From contig NZ_NVQC01000036.1 in assembly GCF_003044035.1 (NCBI RefSeq), positions 53,362-85,361 on the forward strand: DNA of 32,000 bases, in the 5' to 3' direction. Position numbers and translations under genes: made by a program. This document shows, piece after piece, positions 7,364 through 16,055 of this stretch (the first letter of the stretch is position 1; the number at the start of each line of letters is the position of its first letter). This DNA comes from Candidatus Methylomirabilis limnetica. GTDB taxonomy: Bacteria; Methylomirabilota; Methylomirabilia; Methylomirabilales; Methylomirabilaceae. Below the pieces are notes generated by a model. The model was given only the letters and a program-made list of their open reading frames with translations. It ran no database searches and was not told the DNA's origin.

Positions 7364-8764
7364 TCACCTTGTTTCGCAGTTTATTGCGGTCTGCTTCTCG
7401 CTGCGGCTCGAGATCAGGATCATCTGCTTGACGAATTCGATGACTCGAGGATCGTCGATGTCGTTGTGCTCGTGGATCAGTTGCTCGTCGACGTAGACTA
7501 CGAGATACGGGTTGCGACCCGCCGAGTTGGTGGTGCGTTCCAGCACCACGTCACCAAACGTGATCTTGCTGCCGGGCGCGTCGCAGACCCAATCAGCTCT
7601 GGAGCGCTCGAACATCTGGATGCTGTCGGCGGCGCTGGCGGCCTTGAGTTCCTCACGCTTGCGTTCCTCCGTCGGGTAGAGGTGGTGGGTACGATAGGGT
7701 TTGAAATGACCGACGGCGCGGACATTGGCGTCATGTTCGCTGATCGTTTCCGTCTGACCGGTCTCTGCATTTCGGCGCTGGCGATCGTGCGTTTTCTCGA
7801 AAATGGTCGAGAACCAGCGCCCGATCGGAAAGGCGTAACGGGTTGCGGCATCGGCCTCGGAGGTCAGCACCAGCACGACCGGCAGTTGTGAGGAGAAATA
7901 GGTGCGCCGCTCGGCAGCCATGTCGCTCATCGGTGTAAACAGGTTGGCCTCAAATGCCGGGTTAATCAGTACCACCAGGTTGCCGAATCCCTCGATGTCG
8001 CTCTTGCGGCCTGCCGGGCCGGTGGTCTGGACAAAGCGGTTTTCCAGAAACTGGGCCACCGCGGTCTGCATCACCGCGCCGCCAAAGCTGTGGCCGACGA
8101 CCACGAGTTTGGTGTTACTGCTGCATAGCGTGTCGTCGTTTTTACTGACCGTACGATCGCGGCAGACTATGCTGTCCTTGGTGAGCTTGATATCCTCCAA
8201 CTGGCTCAGGACCTCGGCGACCCCGCCGTACCCGACTTTCTGGGCGGTGTTTTTGCGGTCCCAGAAGGTGACGTTTTCGAGATATTTCACCGGCAACGAA
8301 CCGCCGCGCCAGCCGAAGTAGATGCCGACCACCTGGCGGACTGGGGTACCCGTTCTCTTGGCCAGAAGGGCCTCGGCATCGCTCAGGTTGGCCAATACGG
8401 CGCGGAAGGTGTTGATATTGGTATCACCAGGCGCGGCGCTGTGCTTCCAGCCGTGCACAAACACCACCATCAGCAGATCGCGGGTACCGGCCCCGGTCTG
8501 GAGTGTCGTCAGGACATCGCGCATCTGCCGGCGGTCCCAGAGCTGGCCCTGGTCGTCGAATTCAATGAATCCGAACAGGTAGCTGGAGCCGTTATTGCCT
8601 GGCAGTTGTTGCAGCGCGTGGGTTTCACACTCAGGCGTGGGTTTCGGCTCCGGGCTGACGCACACGTCCGGGTGGACGGTACGGTATTTCATGTGCGGGG
8701 CGCAGGCCGTCACGGTCAGCAGTGCAAGAACAGTGGTGGCGATTGAGGCGGCTGTTGTTTTCAT
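7364..8764 (-). CDS. Lipoprotein alpha/beta-hydrolase of unknown specificity (DUF900-like esterase/lipase fold)
   Basis: I chose the ATG at 8764 because AAGGAG lies upstream. It has a lipobox LLTVTAC, the nucleophile elbow VVVGHSFGGAV, and VVFVHGWKHS near the N-terminus. Confidence 0.7.
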   Translation of the reverse strand: MKTTAASIATTVLALLTVTACAPHMKYRTVHPDVCVSPEPKPTPECETHALQQLPGNNGSSYLFGFIEFDDQGQLWDRRQMRDVLTTLQTGAGTRDLLMVVFVHGWKHSAAPGDTNINTFRAVLANLSDAEALLAKRTGTPVRQVVGIYFGWRGGSLPVKYLENVTFWDRKNTAQKVGYGGVAEVLSQLEDIKLTKDSIVCRDRTVSKNDDTLCSSNTKLVVVGHSFGGAVMQTAVAQFLENRFVQTTGPAGRKSDIEGFGNLVVLINPAFEANLFTPMSDMAAERRTYFSSQLPVVLVLTSEADAATRYAFPIGRWFSTIFEKTHDRQRRNAETGQTETISEHDANVRAVGHFKPYRTHHLYPTEERKREELKAASAADSIQMFERSRADWVCDAPGSKITFGDVVLERTTNSAGRNPYLVVYVDEQLIHEHNDIDDPRVIEFVKQMILISSRSEKQTAINCETR

Positions 8765-8919
8765 ATTCTTGTGCTCCTTTCCGTATCTCTGGCGCGTCAA
8801 GATTGACGCTTGCGGAAATAGTACGCCGGGCCTGGTGAAGAATCAATCCTCCTACACATACGCAAGAGCGGCATACTGTTGAACCATCCGATGCGTGTTG
8901 AAAAACTAATATAGAACTA

Positions 8920-9214
8920 ATATAGGGACAGACACTATTTATTGAAATCCTTTCTTGGTCTTCCCCTCTGCTACACGTGTATTACTCATCCAGTTTCCTG
9001 CGTACCTCCCAGATGATCCCATCCCCCTTCGCAGTGGTCGCTCTGTCATCGCGTGCATTCGAATCGCTGTCGTTCCGAAAGACCGCCTGGCGATCATTCC
9101 CTCGTTGCCTCACAGGATACGGGTGGCCGAATGCAACGGTTTGGGTAATCCGTGGCATGCACGATCATTGCAGCGAACACCACGAATTGTCACGATAGTG
9201 TCTGTCCGTATTTT
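8920..9214 (-). mobile_element. Y1-transposase-derived MITE-like element, copy 3 (best preserved)
   Basis: ATATAGGGACAGACACTA ... TAGTGTCTGTCCGTATTTT. On the minus strand there is an uninterrupted 58-codon remnant, MPRITQTVAFGHPYPVRQRGNDRQAVFRNDSDSNARDDRATTAKGDGIIWEVRRKLDE. Confidence 0.75.
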
Positions 9215-9230
9215 CTATTTTACTATTTTA

Positions 9231-9355
9231 CGATCTGATGCGGGTGAGATCGACGGCTGCGTCGAACATCGCCATGGAAAGGCGGTCATGCCGCTCGTTG
9301 CCCGCCGGGTCAGGTCGTGGGCGAAGTACTTCGCGTGGTGAGGGGTGAGGCTCAT
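9231..9355 (-). pseudogene. 5' fragment of an SNF2-type helicase gene, frameshifted and cut off by the MITE copy 3 end
   Basis: A hand translation of the minus strand from the ATG at 9355 gives MSLTPHHAKYFAHDLTRRA. After a 1-nt shift it reads DRLSMAMFDAAVDLTRIRS. I recall this as the N-terminus of SNF2-family helicases (M.LTPHQAKYFA.ELTRR....L...L.DA.VDLNPHQ). The fragment is under 60 aa and so is absent from the ORF track. Confidence 0.5.
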
Positions 9356-9415
9356 CGTCGTCGATATCTCAGTCGTCATAGCGTGGTGTTTTTGCGATGC
9401 CGGAAACCGCTACGC
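9354..9415 (+). pseudogene. 62-nt fragment of a vapC 5' end
   Basis: It matches 460-521 at 58 of 62 positions in my manual alignment. It encodes IVVDISVVIAWCFCDAGNRYA and has no remaining gene body. Confidence 0.7.
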
Positions 9416-9976
9416 CGGGACGAAATAGACATCGGTCGGTTTGAACTTGGAGAGGCGCCGGAATTTTGCCCGAACCTTCATCCCGACCCAATCCAGTGAG
9501 GGCTTCAGTGGATCGACGCCGAGCAGCCGTGAGAGGAACAGGGTATCGATACCAGGCCACTCCGCCAGGATCAGCACAAAGGGGGTCTCCTTCAGGAACT
9601 CCTCGCCCCCGAAGTAACAGACCGTGAAGGTGTGGACCGCGCCGACCTGGGGGAGCTCGAACCAGTCGCACTCGCTGCCGCAATCCATACAGTGCAGCTT
9701 AGGCGTCGCGTATTTGTATCCACACTTCGTGCAGACGGTCCCCAAGAGCTTCCCGTTAGCCAAGCCAGCGAAGAAGGGCGAGTCCTGTCCGTAGCTGTGG
9801 ATGTAATCGATTTGGTAGGACTGCTTGATGATGATGGGGGCCATGGCTTTGAGCTGGGCCAGGTCCTTAGGAAACGGGACATTAAACAGAATCGTCCCGT
9901 CGTCGGTCTCTGGCAACGCAACAGACTTTTCCTCGGGTAGCTTCCGACTCAGTCTCCCACGTTTGTCACTCGCCAT
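9410..9976 (-). CDS. DUF35 family Zn-ribbon/OB-fold protein (thiolase partner)
   Basis: I chose the ATG at 9976 because GGAGGAGG lies upstream. It has the Zn ribbon CTKCGYKYATPKLHCMDCGSEC and sits immediately downstream of a thiolase-like gene, the usual pairing. Confidence 0.75.
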   Translation of the reverse strand: MASDKRGRLSRKLPEEKSVALPETDDGTILFNVPFPKDLAQLKAMAPIIIKQSYQIDYIHSYGQDSPFFAGLANGKLLGTVCTKCGYKYATPKLHCMDCGSECDWFELPQVGAVHTFTVCYFGGEEFLKETPFVLILAEWPGIDTLFLSRLLGVDPLKPSLDWVGMKVRAKFRRLSKFKPTDVYFVPA

Positions 9977-10010
9977 TGTTTGCTCCCTCCTCCCATGCAC
10001 CGGCCATGGA

Positions 10011-11321
10011 TCAGACCTTCTCCATGATGCTTACGGTGACGTATGTCCCGGTGCCGGCGTGGCTGTGGATGGCCCCACGTCTGGCGCCCTTGACCTGCAG
10101 CCGGTCGTTACCAAAATGCTTTTTGATGCTTCCTTGTAGTTGCCACAAGGCGAAGACCGCCTGCATCAGGCCGGTGGCCCCCACCGGATGGCCGCAGGCG
10201 ATCAGGCCTCCCGAAGGATTGACGGGAAGCGTTCCGGGCTTCTTGAGCGCAAGACCGTAGTCGAGGTTGGGCAGAAAGGGGTTCCCCTCCTCCGCCCATC
10301 GGCCACCCTCCCCGTACTTGCAGAGGCCCATATCCTCGTAGGTCTGAATCTCGGAGGAGGTATAGGCGTCGTGCAGCTCGATGAAGTCCAGCGCCTCAAT
10401 CGGATTGGTGATCCCAGCCATCTCGTAGGCCAGCTTGGAGGCCATCCGGCCTGCCCGAAATGAATGGACGCCCGGGTACTTGAGACCACGATAGTCGCTG
10501 GCCCGCTCATGCGGGAGCAGCAACACCTTACGGTGAGGTCGGTCGGCCATCCGCATCGCGTCAGTCCCGCGACCGATGCCAACAATCTTGGCCGGTTTAA
10601 GTCGCTTGCCGCTCGCCTTCTCCAGCTTGCTGATCCCCTCCTCGCTGGCCAGAATCGTGGCTGCCGCCCCGTCGGACATGACGCAGATATCCAGCCGGGT
10701 CAGCGGCCAGGCCACCATCGGCGCGCGACGCACATCTTCGATCGTGAGGAGCTTTCGCTTCTGGGCATAGGGATTGTGAAAGGCGTTGTTGTGGTTCTTC
10801 ACCGAGACGTGGGCCATCTGCTCGACGGTCGTGCCGAATTCCTTCATGTGTCGGACCACCATCATCGCGTAGTAGCCGCTGTAAAAACCGCCCACCGGGT
10901 AGTCGAAGCTCACGTCGGAGGCCAGCGCGATAAATTCGTTACCCTTCCAGGTATTCACATGGGACATCGTCTCGAAGCCGTAGGCCACGCACACATCCAT
11001 GAGGCCCGAGGCCACCGACTTCCAGGCCTCTTGAAAACAGAGGCCGCCGGTGGCGCCACCACCTTCGACCCGGTGGCTCGGCTTAGGACAGAGCCCCAGA
11101 TAATCCTGCACCATAATGCCCGACATCAACTGTCGCTGAAAATGATCAGAGAAGTAAGATGCGACCGAGCCATCGACGATCTCAACAAACCGGGGATGCT
11201 CAAGCCCGAGGTCCTTGAGGGCATAGTCGTACGCCTCCTTCACCATCGGTTGGAAGGTGACGTCCGGCCTGGCCTTGGTGAATTTGCTCACCCCTCCAGA
11301 AACCATATATACCGGTCGCAT
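10011..11321 (-). CDS. Thiolase-domain protein, SCP-x / lipid-transfer type (acetyl-CoA C-acyltransferase-like)
   Basis: 436 aa from the ATG at 11321 (MRPVYMVSGGVSKF). It has GGGATGG, the C-terminal NPSGGLIACGHPVGATG thiolase motif, and the DUF35 partner. Confidence 0.8.
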   Translation of the reverse strand: MRPVYMVSGGVSKFTKARPDVTFQPMVKEAYDYALKDLGLEHPRFVEIVDGSVASYFSDHFQRQLMSGIMVQDYLGLCPKPSHRVEGGGATGGLCFQEAWKSVASGLMDVCVAYGFETMSHVNTWKGNEFIALASDVSFDYPVGGFYSGYYAMMVVRHMKEFGTTVEQMAHVSVKNHNNAFHNPYAQKRKLLTIEDVRRAPMVAWPLTRLDICVMSDGAAATILASEEGISKLEKASGKRLKPAKIVGIGRGTDAMRMADRPHRKVLLLPHERASDYRGLKYPGVHSFRAGRMASKLAYEMAGITNPIEALDFIELHDAYTSSEIQTYEDMGLCKYGEGGRWAEEGNPFLPNLDYGLALKKPGTLPVNPSGGLIACGHPVGATGLMQAVFALWQLQGSIKKHFGNDRLQVKGARRGAIHSHAGTGTYVTVSIMEKV

Positions 11322-11459
11322 CGAGGCCCCCTTCTTTTGGCGGTGTGACTCAAGTCCAGCCCAATTTGGACGGCTGGAATTCATCCCCTAAGACCAGAGA
11401 TCTACCTCATGTAGAGTCAAGAGACTACTTCGTCACTAATTGTATAATGAACTACCACT

Positions 11460-11581
11460 CGGCAAGCCGCTGGGTATCGTCTTCTGTTCGGGCCCGTCAT
11501 TCCGTGCTTGACACGGAATCCAGCCGGACCCTCTGGATACCGGCTTCCGCCGGTATGACTAACTCGCGGCAAGCCGCTGGG
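11460..11581. repeat. Intergenic double-hairpin element bounded by a 15-nt direct repeat
   Basis: CGGCAAGCCGCTGGG occurs at 11460-11474 and 11567-11581. The internal hairpins are ATTCCGTG/CACGGAAT (11499-11519) and ATACCGGC/GCCGGTAT (11537-11556). Confidence 0.5.
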
Positions 11582-11601
11582 AATGAACCCCCCCAGTGGA
11601 T

Positions 11602-12009
11602 TCAACTTTTATTTCTGATGTTCCTTTTCACGCACTCGATCGCTTCGGTCGTTGTCGCGCCGGACGTGAAGATGGCAGTAAGCCCGGCTGCTTTCAGTTT
11701 CGGGATGTCGTCGGCGGGGATTGTGCCACCACCAAAGACGAGGATGTCATCGGCCCCACGCTCCTTGAGCAGCTCCATCACCCTTGGGAACAGGTACATA
11801 TGAGCCCCGGACAGACAGGACATGCCGATAGCGTCTACGTCTTCCTGGATGGCCGCGTTCACGATCATCTCCGGCGTTTGCCGGAGCCCGGTGTAGATCA
11901 CCTCCATCCCGGCGTCGCGGAAAGCTCTGGCGATGACCTTGGCACCCCGATCGTGCCCGTCAAGGCCCGGCTTGGCGATCAAGATCCGGATCTTTCGGTC
12001 CTCTGACAT
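11602..12009 (-). CDS. icmB: B12-binding small subunit of a split acyl-CoA mutase (IcmB-like)
   Basis: 135 aa from the ATG at 12009. It has the cobalamin motif D-x-H-x-x-G (GLDGHDRG) and GGGTIP, and lies adjacent to the large subunit. Confidence 0.8.
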   Translation of the reverse strand: MSEDRKIRILIAKPGLDGHDRGAKVIARAFRDAGMEVIYTGLRQTPEMIVNAAIQEDVDAIGMSCLSGAHMYLFPRVMELLKERGADDILVFGGGTIPADDIPKLKAAGLTAIFTSGATTTEAIECVKRNIRNKS

Positions 12010-12089
12010 TCGCACGCTCCTGTAACGGCTTCGGCTGCCTCAATCGGGCAGGGACAAGCCCTGCCCCTACACTGAAATCCTCACGCTGG

Positions 12090-13784
12090 CTAGATGATCG
12101 ACGACTCTTTGTATTCGCCCCAGGCATCGCGAAAGACATCCATGATTTCGCCCAAGGTCGCGTAGGCCCGAACCGCGTCAAGAATCCTCGGCATCAACAG
12201 ATCCTTTCCCCACGAGTCGTTCCCGGCGGCAGCCTGACGGAGCGTCTCCAGCGACCGCATCACGGCATCCTTGTCGCGCGCGCGGCGAAGCGCTTGTACG
12301 CGTTCGATCTGCCGCGCCTCGGCCTCACGGTCGATGGTGAGAATCGGGATCGGGACCTCTTCGTCTTCTGTAAATCGATTCACGCCAACGATGACCTTCT
12401 CACCCCGTTCAATGGCCTGCTGATACGCATAGGCGGCATCGGCGATCTCGCGCTGGGGGAATCCTTTCTCGATCGCCCGGATCATCCCGCCCAGATCCTC
12501 GATCCGCCGAAAGTACTCCCAGACCCCTTCCTCCATCTGATTCGTCAACGTCTCGACGTAGTAGGAGCCGGCCACTGGATCGACCGTGTTAGTGACGCCA
12601 CTCTCGTGCGCGATGATCTGCTGCGTCCGCAGCGCGATGGTGGCGGCTTCCTCCGTCGGGAGCGCCAACGCCTCATCCATGGCGTTGGTGTGCAGCGATT
12701 GCGTCCCACCCAGCACAGCCGCCAGCGCCTGGATCGCGACCCTGACGATGTTATTGCGCGGCTGCTGGGCGGTGAGGGAACAACCAGCCGTCTGGGCATG
12801 TGTCCGCAGCAACCAGGAACGGGGATCTTTTGCCCCGAATCGCTCCCGCATGATCCGAGCCCACAGCCTTCTCGCCGCCCGAAACTTGGCCACCTCCTCG
12901 AACAGGTCGTTGTGGCAATCGAAGAAGAAGGAGAGACGCGGGGCAAACGCGTCGACATCGAGACCCGCTTTGATGGCCTCCTCGACATAGACTATCCCAT
13001 CGGCCAGCGTGAACGCGAGCTCCTGTAATGCGGTTGCCCCCGCCTCCCGGATATGGTATCCGCTGATACTGACGGTATTCCAACGCGGCAGGTGCTGCGC
13101 GCCGAACAGGATGGTGTCGGTCACCAGCCGGACCGAAGGCGCAATCGGATAGATATACTCTTTCTGCGCGATGTACTCCTTCAGGATGTCGTTCTGGAGC
13201 GTCCCGCCAATCTCATGGTACGGAACGCCCTGCTTCTCGCAGACGGCGATATACATCGCCCACAAAACTGAGGCGGGCGAGCTGATCGTCATAGAGGTCG
13301 TGACCTCACCGAGCGGAATCCCCTCGAACAGCGTCTCCATGTCGGCGAGCGAATCGATGGCCACGCCGCACTTGCCCACCTCACCGGCTGAAGAGGGGTG
13401 GTCCGAATCGTATCCCATCAAGGTCGGCAGATCGAAGGCGGTGGATAGCCCCATCTGGCCCTGCTCGAGCAGATACTTGAACCGTCGGTTGGTTTCGTCG
13501 GCGGTGCCGTACCCGGCGAACATCCGCATGGTCCAGAGCTTGCCGCGGTACATCGTCGGCTGAACCCCGCGCGCGTAGGGGTATTCGCCGGGAAATCCAA
13601 GCTCTTTCGCGTAATCCCACTCGGGCAGGTCGGCCGGGGTGTAGAGGCGCTCTACCGGGGTCATGGACGCGGTGGTGAAGCGTTCGGCCCGTTCAGGGGT
13701 CTGGGCGAGGGCGGGCTTCAGCGTCTCGGCCTCCCACCGCGCCTTCTCTTCCTCGATCCGCTTCAGATCTTTCTGCTCGGACAT
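12090..13784 (-). CDS. icmA: Acyl-CoA mutase large (substrate-binding) subunit with the isobutyryl-CoA mutase-type signature
   Basis: 564 aa, collinear with the methylmalonyl-CoA mutase alpha TIM barrel ([37 protein letters not shown]). It has Phe in RMFAGYG and Gln in [11 protein letters not shown] where methylmalonyl-CoA mutase has Tyr89 and Arg207. Confidence 0.75.
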   Translation of the reverse strand: MSEQKDLKRIEEEKARWEAETLKPALAQTPERAERFTTASMTPVERLYTPADLPEWDYAKELGFPGEYPYARGVQPTMYRGKLWTMRMFAGYGTADETNRRFKYLLEQGQMGLSTAFDLPTLMGYDSDHPSSAGEVGKCGVAIDSLADMETLFEGIPLGEVTTSMTISSPASVLWAMYIAVCEKQGVPYHEIGGTLQNDILKEYIAQKEYIYPIAPSVRLVTDTILFGAQHLPRWNTVSISGYHIREAGATALQELAFTLADGIVYVEEAIKAGLDVDAFAPRLSFFFDCHNDLFEEVAKFRAARRLWARIMRERFGAKDPRSWLLRTHAQTAGCSLTAQQPRNNIVRVAIQALAAVLGGTQSLHTNAMDEALALPTEEAATIALRTQQIIAHESGVTNTVDPVAGSYYVETLTNQMEEGVWEYFRRIEDLGGMIRAIEKGFPQREIADAAYAYQQAIERGEKVIVGVNRFTEDEEVPIPILTIDREAEARQIERVQALRRARDKDAVMRSLETLRQAAAGNDSWGKDLLMPRILDAVRAYATLGEIMDVFRDAWGEYKESSII

Positions 13785-13854
13785 GTCAGTCCATCGTCAG
13801 CGTTCATTCGCCAGCGACCAGGGCATTTCGAACTTCGGACCTCACACCCGGAAC

Positions 13855-13923
13855 GGGCGCAGCAAGCGGCGCCCCTACGCAGCCTACACCAAACCCCCCG
13901 TTCCCCCCTTTCGTAAAGGGGGG
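13855..13923. repeat. GC-rich hairpin repeats in the mutase / Fe-S gene spacer
   Basis: GGGCGCAGCAAGCGGCGCCCCTAC (13855-13878) is identical to 19308-19331. CCCCCCTTT-CGT-AAAGGGGGG (13903-13923) recurs in the same form at 15986-16006. Confidence 0.6.
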
Positions 13924-13976
13924 TTGGGGGGATTTGCACCTCGCACCCCCGCTTTTGCAGGGGCAGGCTTCGCACT

Positions 13977-15953
13977 TTACATATCCATACTTTGCGCCAT
14001 CAGCTCTGCTACGTCAAGCGGTCTGGTCCGCCCTATCGCATCCTTGACCTTCAGCGCGTCCTCGAACATGATCAGGCAATAGGGACAGGCGCTCGCCAGC
14101 ACCTGCGGCTCAAGGGCCAGTGCCTCTTCGGTCCGTTCCCAACTTACGCGCTTGCCGATCTTCTCCTCAAACCACATCAACCCGCCCCCCGCACCGCAGC
14201 AGAAAGCGCCCTCACGACATCGGTCCATCTCCTTGACCACAAGCCCAGGGATCGCACCAAGAAGTTGCCTGGGTGGATCGTAGATACCGTTATGTCGTCC
14301 GAGATAGCAAGGGTCATGGAACGACACGACGCCATCTATCGGCTTCTCTGGCCGCAGGCGCCCCTCCTTCACCAGGTCGGCCAACATCTGCGTGTGATGG
14401 ACGACCTCGTAACTGCCTCCCAGCTTGGGGTATTCATTCTTGAGCGTGTTGAAACCGTGCGGGCAGGTAGTGACGATCTTCTTGATGCCATACCCGTTCA
14501 GGATGGCGATATTCTCTTTAGCCAGCGCCTGGAATAGGTACTCGTTTCCGATCCGGCGGGCCGGGTCACCCGTGCATCGCTCCTCTTCCCCCAGGATCGC
14601 GAAATCGACTCCGGCGCGTTGTAGGAGCTTCGCGAAGGCCGCCGCCACTTGCTGATTCCGCTCATCAAAGGCTGCGGCGCAGCCGACCCAGTACAGTATC
14701 TCCGGTGGACCGTTCTCGGCCACGGTCTTCACGCCGAGCCCCTTTGCCCAATCGGTCCTGGAGGCCGACGTACCACGGAACGGATGGCCCCGCTCCTCCA
14801 GACTCCGCAGGGCCTGCTGCATCGTCTCCGGAAAGTTGGCCTCCTCCATCACCAGATGGCGACGCATCTCGATGATCTTTGGGATCGGCTCGATGAAGAT
14901 CGGGCACTCCTGATGGCAGGCGCCACAGGTGGTGCACGCCCACAGGACGTCGTGGGAGATCACCTCACCGACCATCTTTCTGGACTCATCTCCGTCGGCA
15001 ACCAGGCGCATGTGATCTCGCAGATCGATGATGACGCCTTTAGGGGTCAGTGGCTTACCGGTCGCCCAGGCCGGGCAGGCCTGTTGACAGCGGCCACACT
15101 CGGTGCAGGCCTCGAGGTCGAGGAGATCTTTCCATGTAAACTGGTCAATCGCTCCAGCGCCAAAATGCGCAGCTCGATCCAGGTCGATCGTCCGCAGCAC
15201 CCCGGAGCCCTCCTGGTTCTTCAGCAAGATGTTGGCGGCAGCAGACGTGACGTGCATACCCACCCCATAGGGGAGAAGAGCGATGAAGGTGAAGGCCATG
15301 GCGGCATGGAACCACCAGAGGACTTGATGGAGGGCAACCTGCTGGGTCTGTTCAGTCCCGCGAAACAGGACGGATGCCAGCCAGCCGCCAGGCGACCAGC
15401 GCCCCCATGGATCTGCCGTGGCCGCGATCCGAAGCCCCTCAATCAGAAACCCGGTCACCAGGCTGATGAGAAGCAGTGCCAGCAGAGCGTCGTAACTCTT
15501 GGCCTTACGAGGCAGCAGAAGCCGATCGGGTTTAAGGCCATAGCGCCGGGCGAGCGCCATCAGCACGCCGACAATGGCCACCAGCCCGAACAGATCGACG
15601 GTCAGCGACATGAAGTAGAGGTAGAAGCTCCCGCGCAGAGTCGGGATACCGAGATAGTCCTGGAGGGCCACGAGGCAGGTGGCGATAAAGAGGATGGCAA
15701 ATCCCCAGGAGATCGAGCGGTGGAGCAGTCCTGAGAGCGTGTCCTTGGCGATTCGCCGCTGCAAGACGGCATCCTCTACAACGCCTTTGAGCCGGTCCCA
15801 CATACTACCCAAGACCGCAGCAGGCTCCCCCATGAGTATCATGCGGGTATGCCGGTAGATGCCGTAGAGCCAGACGACCAGGAAGGGAAAGAACAGCAGG
15901 TACAGGAACAGGTGCCCCGGGATGTTCCAGTAGATCTCGCGCATGGGGATCAT
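13977..15953 (-). CDS. Membrane-anchored Fe-S oxidoreductase with CCG domains (HdrD/GlpC/DUF224-like partner of EtfAB)
   Basis: It has N-terminal TM helices, two ferredoxin motifs (CTECGRCQQACP and CTTCGACHQECP) and Cys-rich CCG-type segments (FHDPCYLGRHNG, FCCGAGGG, SACPYCLIMF). The start is uncertain: the TTG at 15974, or the ATG at 15953 or 15944. Confidence 0.75.
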   Translation of the reverse strand: MIPMREIYWNIPGHLFLYLLFFPFLVVWLYGIYRHTRMILMGEPAAVLGSMWDRLKGVVEDAVLQRRIAKDTLSGLLHRSISWGFAILFIATCLVALQDYLGIPTLRGSFYLYFMSLTVDLFGLVAIVGVLMALARRYGLKPDRLLLPRKAKSYDALLALLLISLVTGFLIEGLRIAATADPWGRWSPGGWLASVLFRGTEQTQQVALHQVLWWFHAAMAFTFIALLPYGVGMHVTSAAANILLKNQEGSGVLRTIDLDRAAHFGAGAIDQFTWKDLLDLEACTECGRCQQACPAWATGKPLTPKGVIIDLRDHMRLVADGDESRKMVGEVISHDVLWACTTCGACHQECPIFIEPIPKIIEMRRHLVMEEANFPETMQQALRSLEERGHPFRGTSASRTDWAKGLGVKTVAENGPPEILYWVGCAAAFDERNQQVAAAFAKLLQRAGVDFAILGEEERCTGDPARRIGNEYLFQALAKENIAILNGYGIKKIVTTCPHGFNTLKNEYPKLGGSYEVVHHTQMLADLVKEGRLRPEKPIDGVVSFHDPCYLGRHNGIYDPPRQLLGAIPGLVVKEMDRCREGAFCCGAGGGLMWFEEKIGKRVSWERTEEALALEPQVLASACPYCLIMFEDALKVKDAIGRTRPLDVAELMAQSMDM

Positions 15954-15972
15954 GGCAGCACTATTGTACTCC

Positions 15973-16018
15973 AAATCCCCACGCGCCCCCCTTTTGTAAA
16001 GGGGGGATGGGAGGATTT
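15973..16018. repeat. Extended GC-rich hairpin
   Basis: The inner stem is CCCCCCTTT/AAAGGGGGG (15986-16006), flanked by AAATCCCC ... GGGAGGATTT. It has the same core as 13903-13923. Confidence 0.55.
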
Positions 16019-16055
16019 CGTACCTCGCGCTGCAACCCTCGAATCTCGAACATTT

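Noticed and set aside
14078-14089. AATAGGGACAGG in reverse orientation as another repeat core
   Set aside because: It lies inside the Fe-S oxidoreductase gene, where it encodes the CPYC cysteine motif. There is no flanking repeat similarity.
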